64,000 nucleotides of DNA from contig CP110440.1 of NCBI GenBank assembly GCA_026914245.1, forward strand, positions 2,294,001-2,358,000, given 5' to 3'. The stretch comes from Puccinia triticina (lineage: Eukaryota). Both the position numbers and the translations under genes were made by a program. Every line of letters starts with the position of its first letter. Position 1 is the stretch's first letter. The notes under the pieces were generated by a model. The model did no database searches, was not told the origin of the DNA, and saw only the letters and a list, made by a program, of their open reading frames with translations. Shown here piece by piece: positions 49,299-63,875 of the stretch.

Positions 49299-50112
49299 AG
49301 TGGCTATGGTGTCGTGTTGGGATTGCGCAGTCGTGAAGCGGGCATGATATCCGGGTGTGCTTTGCTGCGGCTCTTGCGCCCGTCCGCTGAACTCAGCCTG
49401 GCGGCCCGACCCCGACACAAGGAGACATAAACGCAGTGATCCATCATCGGCTGGGGATTGCGACTGAAAAACTTCAAGAAGCTCCTCAAACAAGCACCCA
49501 GTCCCAGATACTCATTCTAGTCCTGGTGTACCTCCCCCACGGGATGCATTCTCTGGCCCATGTCGCACTACCAACCATCCAGTATGTATCGAACCTTCAG
49601 TGAGGGAATATCCTCTGTGACATACACAAAAAAAACTCCGCATAGCAACAATCGCAGCTGTTGTTATCAGCAGGGGTTGCTTACTGACTTTATGTATATG
49701 TTTCTACTTCTCTAGCCGGAATGTAATCGTGGGTGGTATGTCAATCGGGTTCGAATGCTGAGCCTCTGGACGGTCGGCGGAGGCCGGTTGGGTTGGCTGT
49801 TCTCGGTTATATCCTCGAGAGAAGTGAGAGACCACAACTTCGGCGAATACAGTCCACGATTTATAGCCAGTGTTTGCTGGGGACCCTAATACGTCAGGGC
49901 ACCACGGTCCACAAAAGAATAGGGAATGGTGATTACATGTAAGCCAGTCAAGGTAGATCAAGCGCACCTTGCCTTCAGCCCTTCGCAGGTCACAAATTTT
50001 TCTGCTCGCTTCCTCACGAATTCCTGTGCAAACAGATCGCCTTGACGCTATCGCAGTATTCAAGTGAGTTTAAGAATAGGTCCAGAGCACTGCCAAAAAT
50101 AACTGTTCGGGC

Positions 50113-50216
50113 AGTCCGAGCAGTTGTCGGACAAACTTTGCCCAACGAGTTCTGCAGGGTGCTGGGTCTAGATTGTCGAACTCGTTGGACAAACTTTGTA
50201 CGATAACTGCTCGGAC
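50113..50216. repeat. palindromic MITE-like remnant
   Basis: About 39-bp inverted arms GTCCGAGCAGTT.TCG.ACAAA.TTTG.CCAACGAGTTC; related sequence at about 58440-58570. Confidence 0.6.
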
Positions 50217-52324
50217 AGTCTTGCCCAAGCAGTTAGCTCACGCAGCAAAAGACGTACCCAACTAAAACCACGCGGACTCTGGAAAGAAAATCCACAGGTA
50301 AACTAGAACCAATGGTTGCGTCAAAAGAAATGAACCTTCGTAGATAATTGGTTTGTTTATTCTGGAGAGGAATTCTAAGCTTTATAACTTAGCTGCTTCA
50401 ACGTCGGGTGAGGTGCCCAAAACCATCCTATCATCATGGTCCGTAGTTAAGGCAAACTTGCAATCGCTGAGAGCCGTGGCCGTGAGTTCCAGCGTAAAGC
50501 TTCCGGTGGGCTTCGCCTGCCAACTCGCCCTGCATTGTCGACCAGAGCTGTACTCCATCACTTTTCCAAACCTCGGGTCCGCTTCTGTGCTGTATCATCA
50601 TAATGTCCCATCTCGCACCATCATGGTCTGCATTCTTGATAAAGTGGGGTTTGGGACTGTGGATGCTTCACGTCTGCAAATGGAAAGAGCAGAAATCAAG
50701 CCGGAAATCGCTAAGGGTCGTGACCTTGATTATCGGCGTGGAACTACTGACGGGCTCAGCCTGCCGACTTGATCCGCCTGATCGACCAGATCTTTACTGC
50801 ATCATTTTCGAAAGCTCTGGTCCCGTTCGGTTTTCTTCCAAAATCTTAACGGCCGAAAACCACAACACCTCCGTGCAATTAACCTGATCAGAGGAAATGT
50901 GAAGAGGTAAGCGCACAGTTGAACTATCCCGATGGCAGCTGGATAGGAACACAAATTCAACTCGCCATTAAATAAGAAGCGCATGATATATTTTCGTCAA
51001 CAACGCTCAAATGAACGTGAGTTAACTAGGGGGGAGGACACAACTGGCATTAGTTAAGAAATCCCAAGATTGAGAAATGAGCAAGACTTGCGCTTACCAG
51101 ATAGAGTATTCTACAAAAGCGCGAGAAAAGCCCATCCATTCCCATTCAACGATTATCAGCTGTTACCATACTTGCCTATGTTCGGGCGCCAGAAGCTGCT
51201 TCATTGGTTGAATCGCTCACCTCGCCTAATGCAGATGCACTGCTTCTAACAACCCAGTCCTGTTTCTTAAGTTTAAGACGAAAACAGACTATGCTGAAGC
51301 ATCAACACCGGGTGGGCATCTTTTCTCGCCTTTATTGATAAATCAGTCTATATGAGCGCGAGGAAAGTCCATCCACTTAATCCGACGATTCAGGGAGGTC
51401 GGTTGTTGAAAGACTGGAGTTGCTGCTTCGTATGTATGCCTTTGATCGATCCCTAGAGCCCGCTTCTTCGGGTGGATGGCTCACCTTGCCGGACGCAGAC
51501 GCAGTGGTTTTATGAACCTAGCCATGTTCCCTAAATCCAAGATGAAAACAGACGATGTAGAATCATTCACGGGGGGTAAGCACCTTTTCGGTCCTTCATC
51601 ATACCCCCCAAGTAATCCTAACATTGAGCAAAAGATCACCTCGTTTAGGAGCCATGCATATTGCATTCCTTTTCTTTTGGTCTTTCCCTCCTAGTCGAAA
51701 AGTAATGTAAAGAGAGTTGAGTAGCCTAGCTGAGATTGTTGTGGTAACCTTCTGGTGCGAGACGTCCTGTTGACCACAAAGAAGTTCTCAAGCAAGCTAC
51801 TCTTGCTAAACAATGACTCTGGGGCCCGCCTCATAAGTGGATACCCAAAATACATACTTCCCTTTGATTCAACCGAGTTGGCGAGTTCGCAGTGTTGCAG
51901 GAGGTGCTTAAAAGTCGCTACCACCTCTAAAAACATTTTCCCCACCCACCATCCAATCCATCACGTCGATCACATCCTCCCATCTATCCCATCTATCTGC
52001 CAAAAAAAACCTTCTGGAACTCTTCAACTCTTTGCAGGTAAGATCTTCAATTGCAATTTTTCATCTAGCTTCTCAATATCACATTTTCAGACAGATAGCT
52101 CAACCCAAATCAAACAGTAGTCCGTTGAATCAAATCATTATCAATTGATTGGCAACATTTCGTGACCGTTCTCTAGTCTATCCTCCACACATCCGTCTTT
52201 GTCTGTCTTGATTGATACTCTCACCTCAGACCGGCCTCTTTATCATAGCTCACATGGCTTTGTATGCTTACTTTCGTTGCCCTCATTCTACCTTGCGTTA
52301 AAATGGATTTAGGAACAGACAATC

Positions 52325-54952
52325 ATGGCACAAGCATCCTCCTCGAACACAAATGTATTCGGAAACCGGAACACGTCTGAGGACGCATTCAATGTTGGGT
52401 AGGTGTTGTCTGCGTGTTCTATCTCGAGAGAATTGAAAATTAAACATGATCACCTACCTTCCAGGCCTTCATCTACCAACATGGCTTCCTGGTCCGCAGG
52501 AACAGCATTGACTGCAAACTATCTAAGCGGTGAGCTAGTCTATGCGGCATACGGATCAATTACTTCAAGTAACACTAAATTATTCCCCTCTTCTTCTCTC
52601 TCGCCGCGAAATTCTTCTGAATGCAAAGTACCGAGCACCAATCCAAACCCCCCGATCCCCTTCTCCTACTACAACGCGCCTCAGCCTTGGGGGACACAGA
52701 CGTGAGTCCTTTGTTTTCTCATGGAATATCGAGAGTGCTTCTTTTCTTAACTTGAGAACTTGTTTCCTTGATACGAAATACTGACTAAATAATCATTCAG
52801 CTATAGCAGCTCATCGGCATACACAAACGCTGTACCATACAGCCCTAATCACCAGGATGGTGAGCTTCTTTGTACGGAATTCATAATTGCTGAAGAAAGT
52901 TTGGCTAATGTTTCTCTCTCGTCGCGAAATTCTTCTGAATGCGAAGTACCGAGCGCCAATCCAAACCTCTCAATTCCCTTCTCCTACTACAACGGGCCTC
53001 AGCCTTGGGAGGAACAGACGACTGAGGACGCGTTCAATGCTGGGTAGGTGTTGTCTTTGCGTTCTATCTCGAGAAAAATTGAAAAGTAAACATGATCACC
53101 TACCTTCCAGGCCTTCGTCTATCAACGTGGCTTCCTGGTCCGCAGGAACAGCATTAACTGAAAACTATCTAAGCGGTGAGCCAGTTTATGCGGCATACGG
53201 ATCAATCATTTCAAGTAACACTAAATTATTCCCCCCTCCTCCTCTCTTGCCGCGAAATTCTTCTGAATGCAAAGTACCGAGCGCCAATCCAAACCCCTCA
53301 ATTCCCTTCTCCTACTACAACGAGCCTCAGCCTTGGGGGACACAGGCGTGAGTACTTTTCTTTTCTTATGGAATATCGAGGATGTTTCTTTCATTAACTT
53401 GAGAACTTACTTCCTTGACACAAAATCCTACCTAACAAATCATTCAGCTATAGCAGCGCATTGTCATACACAAACGCTGCACCATACAGCCTCAACAACC
53501 AGGATGGTAAGGTTCTTTGTAAGGAATACTTAACTGCTGAAGAAACTTTGGCTAATTTACCAATCAACTTTATCTACAACTTTCAATTTGTTACAGGTGT
53601 GCACTCGGAACAATTGTCAGTCACGGTCTCCTTTTGGCAAACGTTTCATATTTTAAATCAAGGGAATTGGATATTAATCATGATTTTTCAAATTTCAGGG
53701 TTCCTTTCACCACCGATAATCATTCTTATGCAGCACCAGCACTTCACTTGGAAAACTCAACCGGTGAGCCTCTTCATGCAGCCTTATGACTAATCACTTT
53801 CTTCAACACTAACTCATTCTCCCCTTTCTCTTGATCACCGGAATGTTTTTTTTTGCCCATAAAGCACCAGCAACGTATGAAACATTTGCATCAGCGTCTA
53901 GCTCATACGACAATGGGCCTTCAAATTTGTGAGCACTTTAGTTCCGCTTGGAACAATAAGGGTATTTCCTTTCTTAACTTGAGTGCTTGATGTTGCAATT
54001 TTGCTCCTTTATTGATACGAAACAATCACAACCAAATCATGCAACTTCCGACAGCCAAACCCCGCTGACCTTATCCTCAGGAACACCCTCAAGCGGGTAC
54101 AATCATCCATGTAAGTTTTTTTTTTGAGGAACACATAATTAGTCAGGAACTTTTGGCTAATTCATAAATCAATCTTATTCACAAATTTCAAACTGTTGTA
54201 GCTACCAGCTCGGGAGGACGGTGAGTGTTGATTCCTTGTATTGGTAATCGCTTGAATTGACGACTGAGAAGTATTTCAATATTCTATTTCAACTATTACT
54301 CACACCAATTGTCCAACAGAAACAATGGTCAAAATGATGTGTGAGTTGATTCAGGACATATTTTCTGGGTGCTTCATTGATTGAAAATTGAAGCTTATTG
54401 TTCCTCTGTTAATTAAATCCAAAATAGTAATTCCCCGCAACAAACCGGAACAGTACCGGAAAGCCTAGCTGTCGTATCAAATCCTGAACCGGAATCTCAG
54501 CTTCCAGGTCACGGCTCTAGCAAGCGCCAAGGTGCGCTATATTCAATCAACAGTCAAACAGGGATGTTTGTATGCACATTCCCTGGTTGCGGGAAGCAGA
54601 TGTCCAGGAAGGACAATGTTAAAGGGCACTGGGTCACACACAACCGGAATCAACTTTGTAAGCTTTTTTTCCCTCCAATTATCTTGCGCAAAGCCTTCAC
54701 TTTTCACCAAATTTGTCTCATTATATCGGAGAAAATGCTGACTACTTTCAAAAAAAAAAAACAGTTGCCTGTAATTACCATGCCGTGAGAGCGGTGCCAG
54801 CTGGGAAGACCTTTTGCACTAAGAAGTTCAAGAGGTTGGCCGACCTCAGGAAGCATGTGAAAAATGTGCACAGTGCACCGTGGGACATGGCATTTCTTCG
54901 ACAACAAACAAGATCAGAAATGGCCCACCAAAATGCTCTCCGGCTTAGGTAG
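52325..54952 (+). CDS. C2H2 zinc-finger transcription factor (two fingers), 16 short coding exons
   Basis: FVCTFPGCGKQMSRKDNVKGHWVTH and FACNY...FCTKKFKRLADLRKHVKNVH (intron 54658-54763); upstream S/T/P/N-rich exons splice in frame through GT-AG introns. Confidence 0.8.
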
Positions 54953-56290
54953 GAACAGTGACGCAGTGAAAGATCACCACAGGAAAACAACGGTAGCGGA
55001 GAAAGAAATCCCATAACCCCTTCCTAACAAAACAACCTATGTATAATTGTTAATAATAAATCTGCCTTATCACATTTATTTTTTTGTATGTTGTGTGGAT
55101 GTTGTTAGATGACCAAAATGAAGTGTCTATGCTCTTGTATTATAATAAGAAATGTATAATAATTTTTGAGAACACTTCAAGTTCCAGTATATATTGCATT
55201 AATATTGGCAGGTCTCTTGAGTGCATAGTGTTGTGGCAGGTTGTGGCACAGGGACTCGGAGACACAAGATGGTATGGATTGACAAGCTCACAGCCTGGAC
55301 TCACATCCAGGATGAGGAAGATACCACAATTGTGGCGAGGCTCAGAGTGTGTAGCCCCTTTGGGCTACAACACATAGGTAAGGAGTCCCACAGGTTTTGA
55401 TGTATGACATCTAACTTTACTTTCATGTGTTTAGGCCGGACTGGCTATCCGGTCTACATCAGGCCAGAGGTGGAATTTTTACATTATTTTATTTTTTTCA
55501 GGGGAAGGTGGTAGGTGTTGTTTTGGACTGCTGAGATTATGTAGAAATGGAAGAGGATTATAATGGTATGGGAGGCTGTGAATAAATCAGAGGGGTATGC
55601 GGTGATATTTGGGTTGGAAGGCATTTTTCAAAACATTCGGCTGGGCAGCCTCAAGCCAAATGCAAGCGGGAGGGTCCTTGCGCCCCGCGAGCACAGGGAG
55701 GGACTTGTGTTAAGTTTGGGGAGGAAGGGGTATCTCCCCAATACAATACCGAGACGTGTGGACTTGAACTCCCAACACAACCTCCATCTTTGCCTGCCAC
55801 AAACAAACCCTTGCAAGCTTGCTGCAACAGGCAAGAGCCATGCAAGATGCACTTCTGTTGAGGGGTGGTGCTGCACTCCTCTACAAGTTTCACTTGGTGG
55901 CCACAAGGGGCAAGGTACTCAGTCAAGTCAGACACCCCTTGTAGACTTTTGTTCAGCTTGCAATATACTGCAAAATTATCACCACAACAAAACTCTGTGC
56001 ATACTATATAAACATAACTGTGAGATTTCACAACAATCAAATTGGAAATTCAAATGGGGTCACTGTCAATTCAAAAAATGCTGAATTCTCATCTTAGAAG
56101 TGTTCCTCAAATCTAATTTGATTAATCTAATCACTTGAGTTACACATGAAACCAGTTAAAAGAATTGTTTTGTAGGTTCAGAACTTGAATTCTTGTAGTT
56201 GGAATACAAAAATATGTGAGAATAAAAGGATCTATGAGAAAAATGACTGAAGCGTTACAGATGAAAGAGAGCATAGGGCATTTTGAAACA

Positions 56291-56977
56291 CAACGGTGGG
56301 CCAGCTACGCTAACATTAGCGCTAGCGTAGCGTAGTGTTAGCTTTTTGAAGCTACGCTACGGTGGCGCTAGTGTTAGCGGCCGGATTTTCCCGCTAACAC
56401 TAACAAGATAGAAGAATGCGCTTGTGTAGCGCTAGCGTAGTGTTAGCGGTTGTTTTTTTACAGCCGCTAACGCTACAATTTTGTCTGGATAGCGTTAGCG
56501 TAGCGGTGCTAGCTTAGAAGAAAGCTACACTAGCTTTTAACGTAGATTTTGTGTATGCTAGCGCCGCCTGAGGAAAAAACTGGGCAGAAACAGCCCAATT
56601 TTGTCCCCGCGCAACTACAGAGATGAAACTGGGCAGAAATAACACTCCATTTTTTTTCCTGCAGTCACGCAAATACAGGAAAAAAACTAGCATGTCATTT
56701 CTGCCCAGTTTCTGCCGCCCTAGCGTAGCGGGAATTCATTGCGCTACACTACCGGGGGAGCAAAAATCCGTTAGCGCCTATCCCATTACGCTAACGGTTA
56801 GCGTAGCGGATTTGTTTTTGCGCTAACGCTAAAAAAAGCGTTAGTCCAGAAAAAAAAGCTACACTAAAGCTTGGTGATAGCGGCGTAAAATCCCGCTAAC
56901 ACTACAGGAAAACTGGCCTCCTGTTAGCGCCGCTATGCTAACGCTAAGTGCCCCTGTAGCGTAGCGGCCCAGCGTTG
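56291..56977. mobile_element. non-autonomous hAT-like MITE (CAACG terminus)
   Basis: CAACGGTGGGCC / GGCCCAGCGTTG ends; dense TAGCG/CGCTA repeats; TSD not clean (TTGAAACA recurs 4 nt downstream). Confidence 0.75.
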
Positions 56978-57970
56978 TTCATTGAAACATGAAATAATAT
57001 ATAGTTTGACTCTGAGTTGCTTTCTTAACATTCACGTGAAAACATATAGTTTCTGAAGGGAAATTAAGTGATATTCACCATGAAAAAAGTGATGTGAATA
57101 GGTGTCAGGTGACATGCAGTAACATGTGGTGAAAGTCCAGTGATACTCCAACAATACACCCCTTGAATAACAATGGCCCCCTTGTCATCATCAGGGGATT
57201 TCAAAAATTATTCCTAGGATTAAGGTTGGAATAAAGGCTGGAATTAGCTTCAAATCACCTGAAACCTAGTCCCCTCATTTTTTTTTTTGTGGTTATAGTC
57301 CCAGAGCTCAGACAATACATGATTTTCAATTTTATGTTGCTTCAAGAATCATAATAAACTGTAAAGACTTAAGGGAACAAGTCATCATCAGACTTGAGCC
57401 CCCTCTTTGAAATGCAGGTGAGCTTAGGTGAGCTATGCAGAGAATAAATTCAGTAAAAAACAAGCATTGTGAATTGTTTCCATCAATTTGCTGGGTGGAA
57501 TGAAAAACTATTGGTTGATGTTAGGATTGGCTTGCTGGATGTTTTTGTTTTCATTGGTTCTTTCCATGGAAGTAGTTGATGTGATTTCAGTTGAGGGGGA
57601 ACAAATCTGGAATTATAAATTCTTTCCATTTTTCAAAATTAAAACTTTTGTAGTATGTTCCAATCAGACGCACTCCTGTCTTGAATAGATACATTTCTTC
57701 ATACAAGCTTGTCTTGAGGTTGGTTGACTGTTCTAATTGATTAATCATTTCCTCAAGATCTGTAAGCAAAACAGTTTTCATCACATCATATTGGAGATAT
57801 CTCTTGAACAAATTCACTGCACGACTGTGGTCTTTAGGAAGACTTTCTGGGTGAAAATTTTCTGCCTATTTTGCATTCATGAGGAATTAAAAATATAGTT
57901 GCATCAATTTCTGCTCCTTTAAGAATGGTTCTTCATGAATTTCTGCACCCAAGAGTTGAAGGATTTTTCA

Positions 57971-58130
57971 GACCCTGTTTGGACGTACTGGTATACGTCA
58001 TAAATGGGGCAAATTTATGACGCACAAACTGAAGTTTTCCCCACATTGCCACCAATATTTTCAAGCCCCCGGGGGCCCACATCATAAATTCACCCATTTA
58101 TGATGTATAATGGTGCATACAAACAATCCT
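57971..58130. mobile_element. degenerate Tourist/Harbinger-like MITE
   Basis: Similar along its length to 63012-63172. Confidence 0.65.
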
Positions 58131-58729
58131 TAAGCAGCACCAGGTGTTGAATAATGCTGATGCATTATGGAAATGTTGTTTCCAAACCAATCAAAGTCAT
58201 TTGCATTGGATTGGCAGGAGTTTCATGCATATGTGATGAAAATAAATAAAAAAACTTGTCTGCAGGAATTTTCAAACTGGGAACAAGTCAACTACGGCTG
58301 CAGGGGGGAAAAAGGGATCAGCTTGGTCTCCCCGTGTGTCCCCGGGGGGTTTTGTTTTGTTTGCAATGTCCACCGTCATTCTCGGCAAAACATGAGGGGA
58401 GACATTTGCAAGTGGCTGCACTGCCTAACTTACTACTCAGACAGTCTTGTCCAAGTAGTATTTGGACCGAGTTCGTCCAACAACTTCCAAAATAAAGACC
58501 CAACAGATTGCTGAAGCTGTTGGACAACATCTTTGTAAGAGCTTCTCGGACGAGACTTTCCGAGCAGTTGATTGCTGCAGTGATGATCATGTACACAGAC
58601 TCAATGAACAACATGTGCTTTTGTTAAGCTGCTAAAGCCCCCACCAAAAGAACAGTCCAGCACATACTGGCCATCCAGATGCACATTTGCAATCTGGGTG
58701 GCCAGTATAGTGCCCACCAAGGGCTGGCA

Positions 58730-59680
58730 CAATGACCAGCATGTGCTGGTCATCAGGCCAAGGCTTCTCCTACTCAATGGCCAGGATAAACTGGTCATTT
58801 ATGGTGTTCAAAGTTGATTTATGCATGCATAAATCATAAATTCAAAAATCTTTTTCAGGGGGATTACATAATCAAATCCGTGCAATCCCCTGCAAAGAAA
58901 AGTTTATGAATTTATGATTGATGCATGCATAAATCAACTTTGAACACCACAATTGAGTTGGAAGAGGCCGCGCTTGACAGCCATAATTCCCTTGTCATCA
59001 ACCCGCGGCCTCTCCAAACTCAAATACAATGACCAGTACACACTTGACATCAAGAAAAGGAAGCACTAGGCGGATTACCAGCACATGCTGGTCATTGATC
59101 TGGCCTTTCCGAGCTTGGGAGGCCATATATATTGGCCACCCAGCTTGCAAAAGAAGAGCTGGATGGTCAGTATGTATTGTTCATTGTGGCAGTACTTTCC
59201 CAGCGCAATGTATAGTACATACTGGTACTTGAAGCTAGGAAAGGCCCATCTCAGTGACCAACATGTATTACTGGTCATCAAACTGGCTTTTTCCCAGCCC
59301 AGTGACCTGTACTCAATTGGATGGTGTCTCCACTCAATGGCCTATAAACACCAGTTACTGAGTGGAGAACCCCTCTGCTCAATGGCAGGTACACACCCGT
59401 CACTGATTGGAGAATCTTTGAGCTAAATGACCATAAAACCAGGATCATTGAGGGGAGGATGACTCCACTTGATGGCTGGTACTCTACATATGGCCATGAA
59501 GTGGACACACCCTCCACTCAATAGTTGTCCAACATTCATCAAGTGAAGGGTATCTCCACTCAATTTCTGTACAACAAGGTCATTGAGTGGAGAGTGTCTC
59601 ATCTTGATGGCTAATACACACCAGTAAGTGTAAATTCTGGGGTGTACCAGGCATTAAGTGAAGGTAATCTCCACTGAATT
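58730..59680. repeat. decayed TE with palindromic GACCAGCA..TGCTGGTC and CCACTCAAT repeats
   Basis: Motifs recur in both orientations; short inverted pair at about 58952-59023. Confidence 0.5.
58802..58949. mobile_element. MITE (same family as 3263-3439)
   Basis: TIR TGGTGTTCAAAGTTGATTTATGCATGCAT. Confidence 0.8.
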
Positions 59681-59779
59681 AACAGTGTGCACAACCTTGA
59701 TTGGATCAAAGATCAGTCTTAGTTCCACATAAGATCAAACTCCTTGAAGCCTGCTCCTTGCATGCTCACACAGATGACA

Positions 59780-62200
59780 TCAGCTAGTGTCACCAAAGAA
59801 ACATATGGTTTGGCACTCTCTAGAGAGTGCCACACATCCCCCCCCCCGGTGAGACCCTGGGGTCACTTGAGGTTTTTCAGGCGTGAAGTTGGGAAGTTGG
59901 AGGCGCTCAGAAAAGGTAATCTTGAGGGCAGGGTGGACACTGGACAGCTTCAGGGCGGAAAAATAGGGCTAAAGATCACTGAATTAGGTTTTTACCTGGC
60001 AAATCACAGGCTGTTGAGGCTGTTGAAGGCGGGTAAAATTCTAGTGCGTAATTTAAATCTTGGGAATATTTTTTTGGGCGGAGAAAGAGCTCTTTTTATA
60101 GCCTAGGCAGGCCCCAGGGGCTCTCAGGGGACGGAGGGACACTTGTGGGCGCATTATGAGGCAAATTGGCTGCGCTAGAAGGCGCTTTTGGTTGTGGAAC
60201 CTTGGTGATTGGATATAAGGTTTTCCAAGGACCATTTACAGAGGTTCTGTGTGATTTTACACATGCTTTACCATGTAATAGGGGCTGGTTGGGAGGTTCT
60301 GTGACACTTTGAGGCCCCCGTGCACCGCGGGTTCCAGAATAAATACATGTCACACCTTATGTAAGCAGCAGGACTTGTCATCCCTGTTGCCCCGTGCCTT
60401 ACAAGCTAGGTTAGCATTTCCTTTCCCCTTCTTCTCCTTTTCCCTTTTCCCCACCTCCCTCCTGGAGTGCATATACTGAGAAGAAGACTGGACCTTTTAT
60501 ATTCTTCTCCAAGCTAGCTATTGAAATACAGCCCCAAGTACTAGAAATTGCGCTCCTTGAGCCCACTCAAGACTGTCCCCAGTGAAGAGATCTTTGATCT
60601 CTCACAAGATGTGCCACAGAATGTACTAGAACCAGTTCTGTGGGATTGTACACGTGTAAGAAGTGCTTTAAACAGATTCTGGAGGCGCTTATTTAATTCT
60701 CCAGTTTATTTGACCCCTTCTACATACTTACTACAGGTGTAATTTACGTGTAGTGAGGCTTAGGGGGAAGCTAGGATGCTTTCTAGGCTCTCCTGCACAC
60801 GCTACACGTGTTCTTCTAGTCCAGGATCACGTGGGAAGTATTTGTATTAGATGACATGGTAATTAAATCTCATTTAATAGTTAATTACATGTGTATAGTA
60901 CATATAACACATGTAATATTCCTAGTGAGGTGTATTCTGGCCAATTCTTACTTACTGGTAGCCCAAGCGCTTTGTTTGCGGGCTTTTTTATTCATTATGC
61001 ATATATGCACACCATGCGCGCGGGCTTGAGCTTCCAGGCAACAGAGCACGCGGGCTTGGATGCGCCACGCAACAAATAAAGCCATCTTCTAAACTGTACA
61101 CAACACCTCAGTTTTCACTGAAACTGGGTATCCATGTTTTTTGCGCCCTCTTGAGCTGTACAGGTTTGGAGCTCCAGGCGCCAGGGGGTTTCCCTTGGGC
61201 CTAGCCTCCTAGGAGAGTCCGGGCCACCTTGGGTGGGCCCCAAACTCCCCAATGTATGGGTCGAGGCTAGAGAAGACCCTCTTGGTTGACGCCGGGTGGT
61301 TTCATCCACCAGCATGCCCGCGCTCTGAGCGCCGTGGGCGCTGGGGAGATCTCCTCTGCGGGACAGCTTTTTGAGAGCCTTCAGTGCCTAATGTCAGCCC
61401 CCACAAAAAGGGAGGGCGGGAGGTAGCAAAAAATAGTTTGGCCGGAGATGGAAGAGACTTCAAACTGAAGTAATTGCATATGTTAGAAAAAGAGATACAA
61501 AGTGAAGACAAAAATAGAAAGAGAAGGAAAAGTACCTGAAGACAAACACAACAAAGAAGAGCACGACAAAAGAGAGATGATACAAGAGATAGGAAGAAAG
61601 ATCAGACTAAAAAGGAAACATTGTCATTCAGGGCAAATGGTTAACAAGAAACAAGAGCGCAACATACAATCAAAGAAAGATTTGATTGATGAGGTGATTG
61701 ATTTAGCTTGAGGCTTTGATGAGTTTGAAGACCAATTGGTTGTTTGTCTTCTGGAGGAACGGATAGTCAGAAAGATGAAGATTGTGAAGTGACAAGACTA
61801 TTGAAGATAATGTTGAGAGATGAATCAAGCAGGTTCCCCAGAGGAGGCAAGAGGAATGAGGAGGCTTTGAGTTTAAGTATGTTGAGATTGTTGGGTTTGT
61901 TGATTGAACTGACTGAGAGAGTCTTTCCTGTTGAGTTCAATGAGCAGAGACTTGTATTGGAGACAAAGGACAAGCAAGACGAATTGGATTGACTTGACCT
62001 TGAGAATAGGTTGAGCGCGGGAAATTTGGAGACTAGAGGAGGAACCCAAGAAATGTACATGTCTTGTGATATTCACAGGACATGTCCATTACATGAGACA
62101 AGAGCTCAAGTCAAGGCACAAACTTGACTCTCAACACAAACAGTTGACTGAGGTTGGATGACGGGCAAGAAACCAATCACTCTCAATAGGGTGGCTTAAA
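59780..62200. mobile_element. unresolved LTR-retroelement fragments
   Basis: PPT-like G-run next to TG on the minus strand (59837-59847); TGTGACA/TGTCACA LTR-type ends at 60300 and 60348; low-complexity segment 61480-62040. Confidence 0.35.
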
Positions 62201-62483
62201 TACCTGGTCTTTTGCCCTTCTGTTGCGTGCTCAACGGGCTAATCCAGGGGACACTGCCTTAGGGGCACAACACCTTGGCTCCCTAGACCGTAATGTGTCT
62301 GAGCGCTTTACTCCTTGTAGCTCTGAGGATCAGGCTGGTTGTGGTGAGACACGGGCTGGCCTCTGTCTATGTGAACCATGCTGATTGGCCATAGCCGTTG
62401 GCTGGGGCTCTAGTGGGCACTGTCCATGGACCTTGGCCACCTCCACTGCGCGCCGGTAACCCCCAATAAACATATGTAATTGG

Positions 62484-63875
62484 CACCAGGAAAAAAAAAT
62501 AGTCACTTGATGGCAAGTGACATGATGCAGCTTTGGTTTCTGCTCCAGAGCTACTCCAGCGCTGCTCCAAGTCTGCTCCACCAGCACTTGTAGAGCTTGC
62601 AGGACTGCACCAGAGCACTCAATGTGGCACAGTCAGCTGATCCTAATTTTTTCCCAGGAACAGCTGATGCTCATCATAAGCTGAGCAGTAGGCATTGACT
62701 GAGCCTGGCCCAAAGCTGAGCATTGGATGAGCCTGGGCCACAGCTGAGCATTGGATATTCCAAGCCTGATACAAATTCAAGTGTCAGCTGGACCAAGAAT
62801 ATTCCAAATCTGAGCATCAGCTTAGCCAACAATGGTCCAAAGCTGAGCATCATCTTGGAAAAGTCTTGTGCAGAGCTTAGGATCAGCTGGGACAATACTG
62901 TTCCAAAGATTAACACCAGCTGGGCCAAAACTTTTCAAAAGCTGAGCATCAGCTGAGCCAATTCTGGTACAAAGCTGAGCATTGGCTGAGCCAAGGCTAT
63001 TCTAAAGCTGAGGCCCCGTTTGGCTGCCACGTTATATGTCATAAATGGTTGAATTTATGACGCCGCGACCCAAAGTTCGCCCCCCGTTGCCACCAAAACG
63101 TTGAAACCCCCGGGGGTCGCGCGTCATAAATTCGACCATTTATGACGTATAACGCGGCAGCCAAACGGGGCCTGAGTATCAGATGTTTTGAGACTATTCA
63201 AAAGATTAATATCACCTGAGCCAAGGCTGTTCCACAGCTGAGCCAAGGCTGGTCCACAGCTGAGCATCAGCTAAGCCAAGGCTGGTTTTAAGCTGAGCAT
63301 CAGCTGAGCCAAGGCTGGTCCACAGCTGAGCATCAGCTGAGACAAGGCTGGTCCACAGCTGAGCATTGTCTTAGCCAAGGTTGATCCACAGCTGAGCCAA
63401 GGCTGGTCCACAGATGAGCATAAGATGTTACAGGAGTGGTCAGACTCAGAATCTGAGCATTGGCTGGGCTGAGATTTATCCAAAGCTGAAAATCAGCTGA
63501 GCCAATACTGGTCCAAAGCTGAGCATTGGCTGGGCCAATGATAGTCCTAGTATGAGTCTAAGATGAGCCATGAGTGGAATAAAGCTGAAACGCAGCTGGG
63601 CCAGGACTGGTTCTGATCTGGGCAACAAAGCTGAGCATGAGCTGGGCAAAAAAGCTGAGCATAAGCTTGGAGCTAAAGCTGAGTATCAGCTGACCAGAAA
63701 TGGGGATCAGTGGTGCCCAGTGAAAACTGAGGATCTCCTGTGGAAATTCTGAAAGTGGTTAGATGGTGGGTAGATGGTGGGTAGATGATGGGTAGATGGT
63801 GGGTAGATGGTGGGTAGCTCGCTGGAGCTGGCATGATGTCACTTGTCATCAAGTGACTATTTTTTTTTCCTGGTG
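62484..63875. mobile_element. non-autonomous CACTA-like (CACCA) element filled with AGCTGAGC repeats
   Basis: About 40-bp TIR CACCAGGAAAAAAAAATAGTCACTTGATG.CAAGTGACAT; 3-bp TSD TGG; internal ~30-bp units and (GGTAGATGGTG)x5. Confidence 0.88.
63012..63172. mobile_element. Tourist/PIF-Harbinger-like MITE
   Basis: TIR GGCCCCGTTTGGCTGCC extending about 55 bp; 3-bp TSD TGA. Confidence 0.9.
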
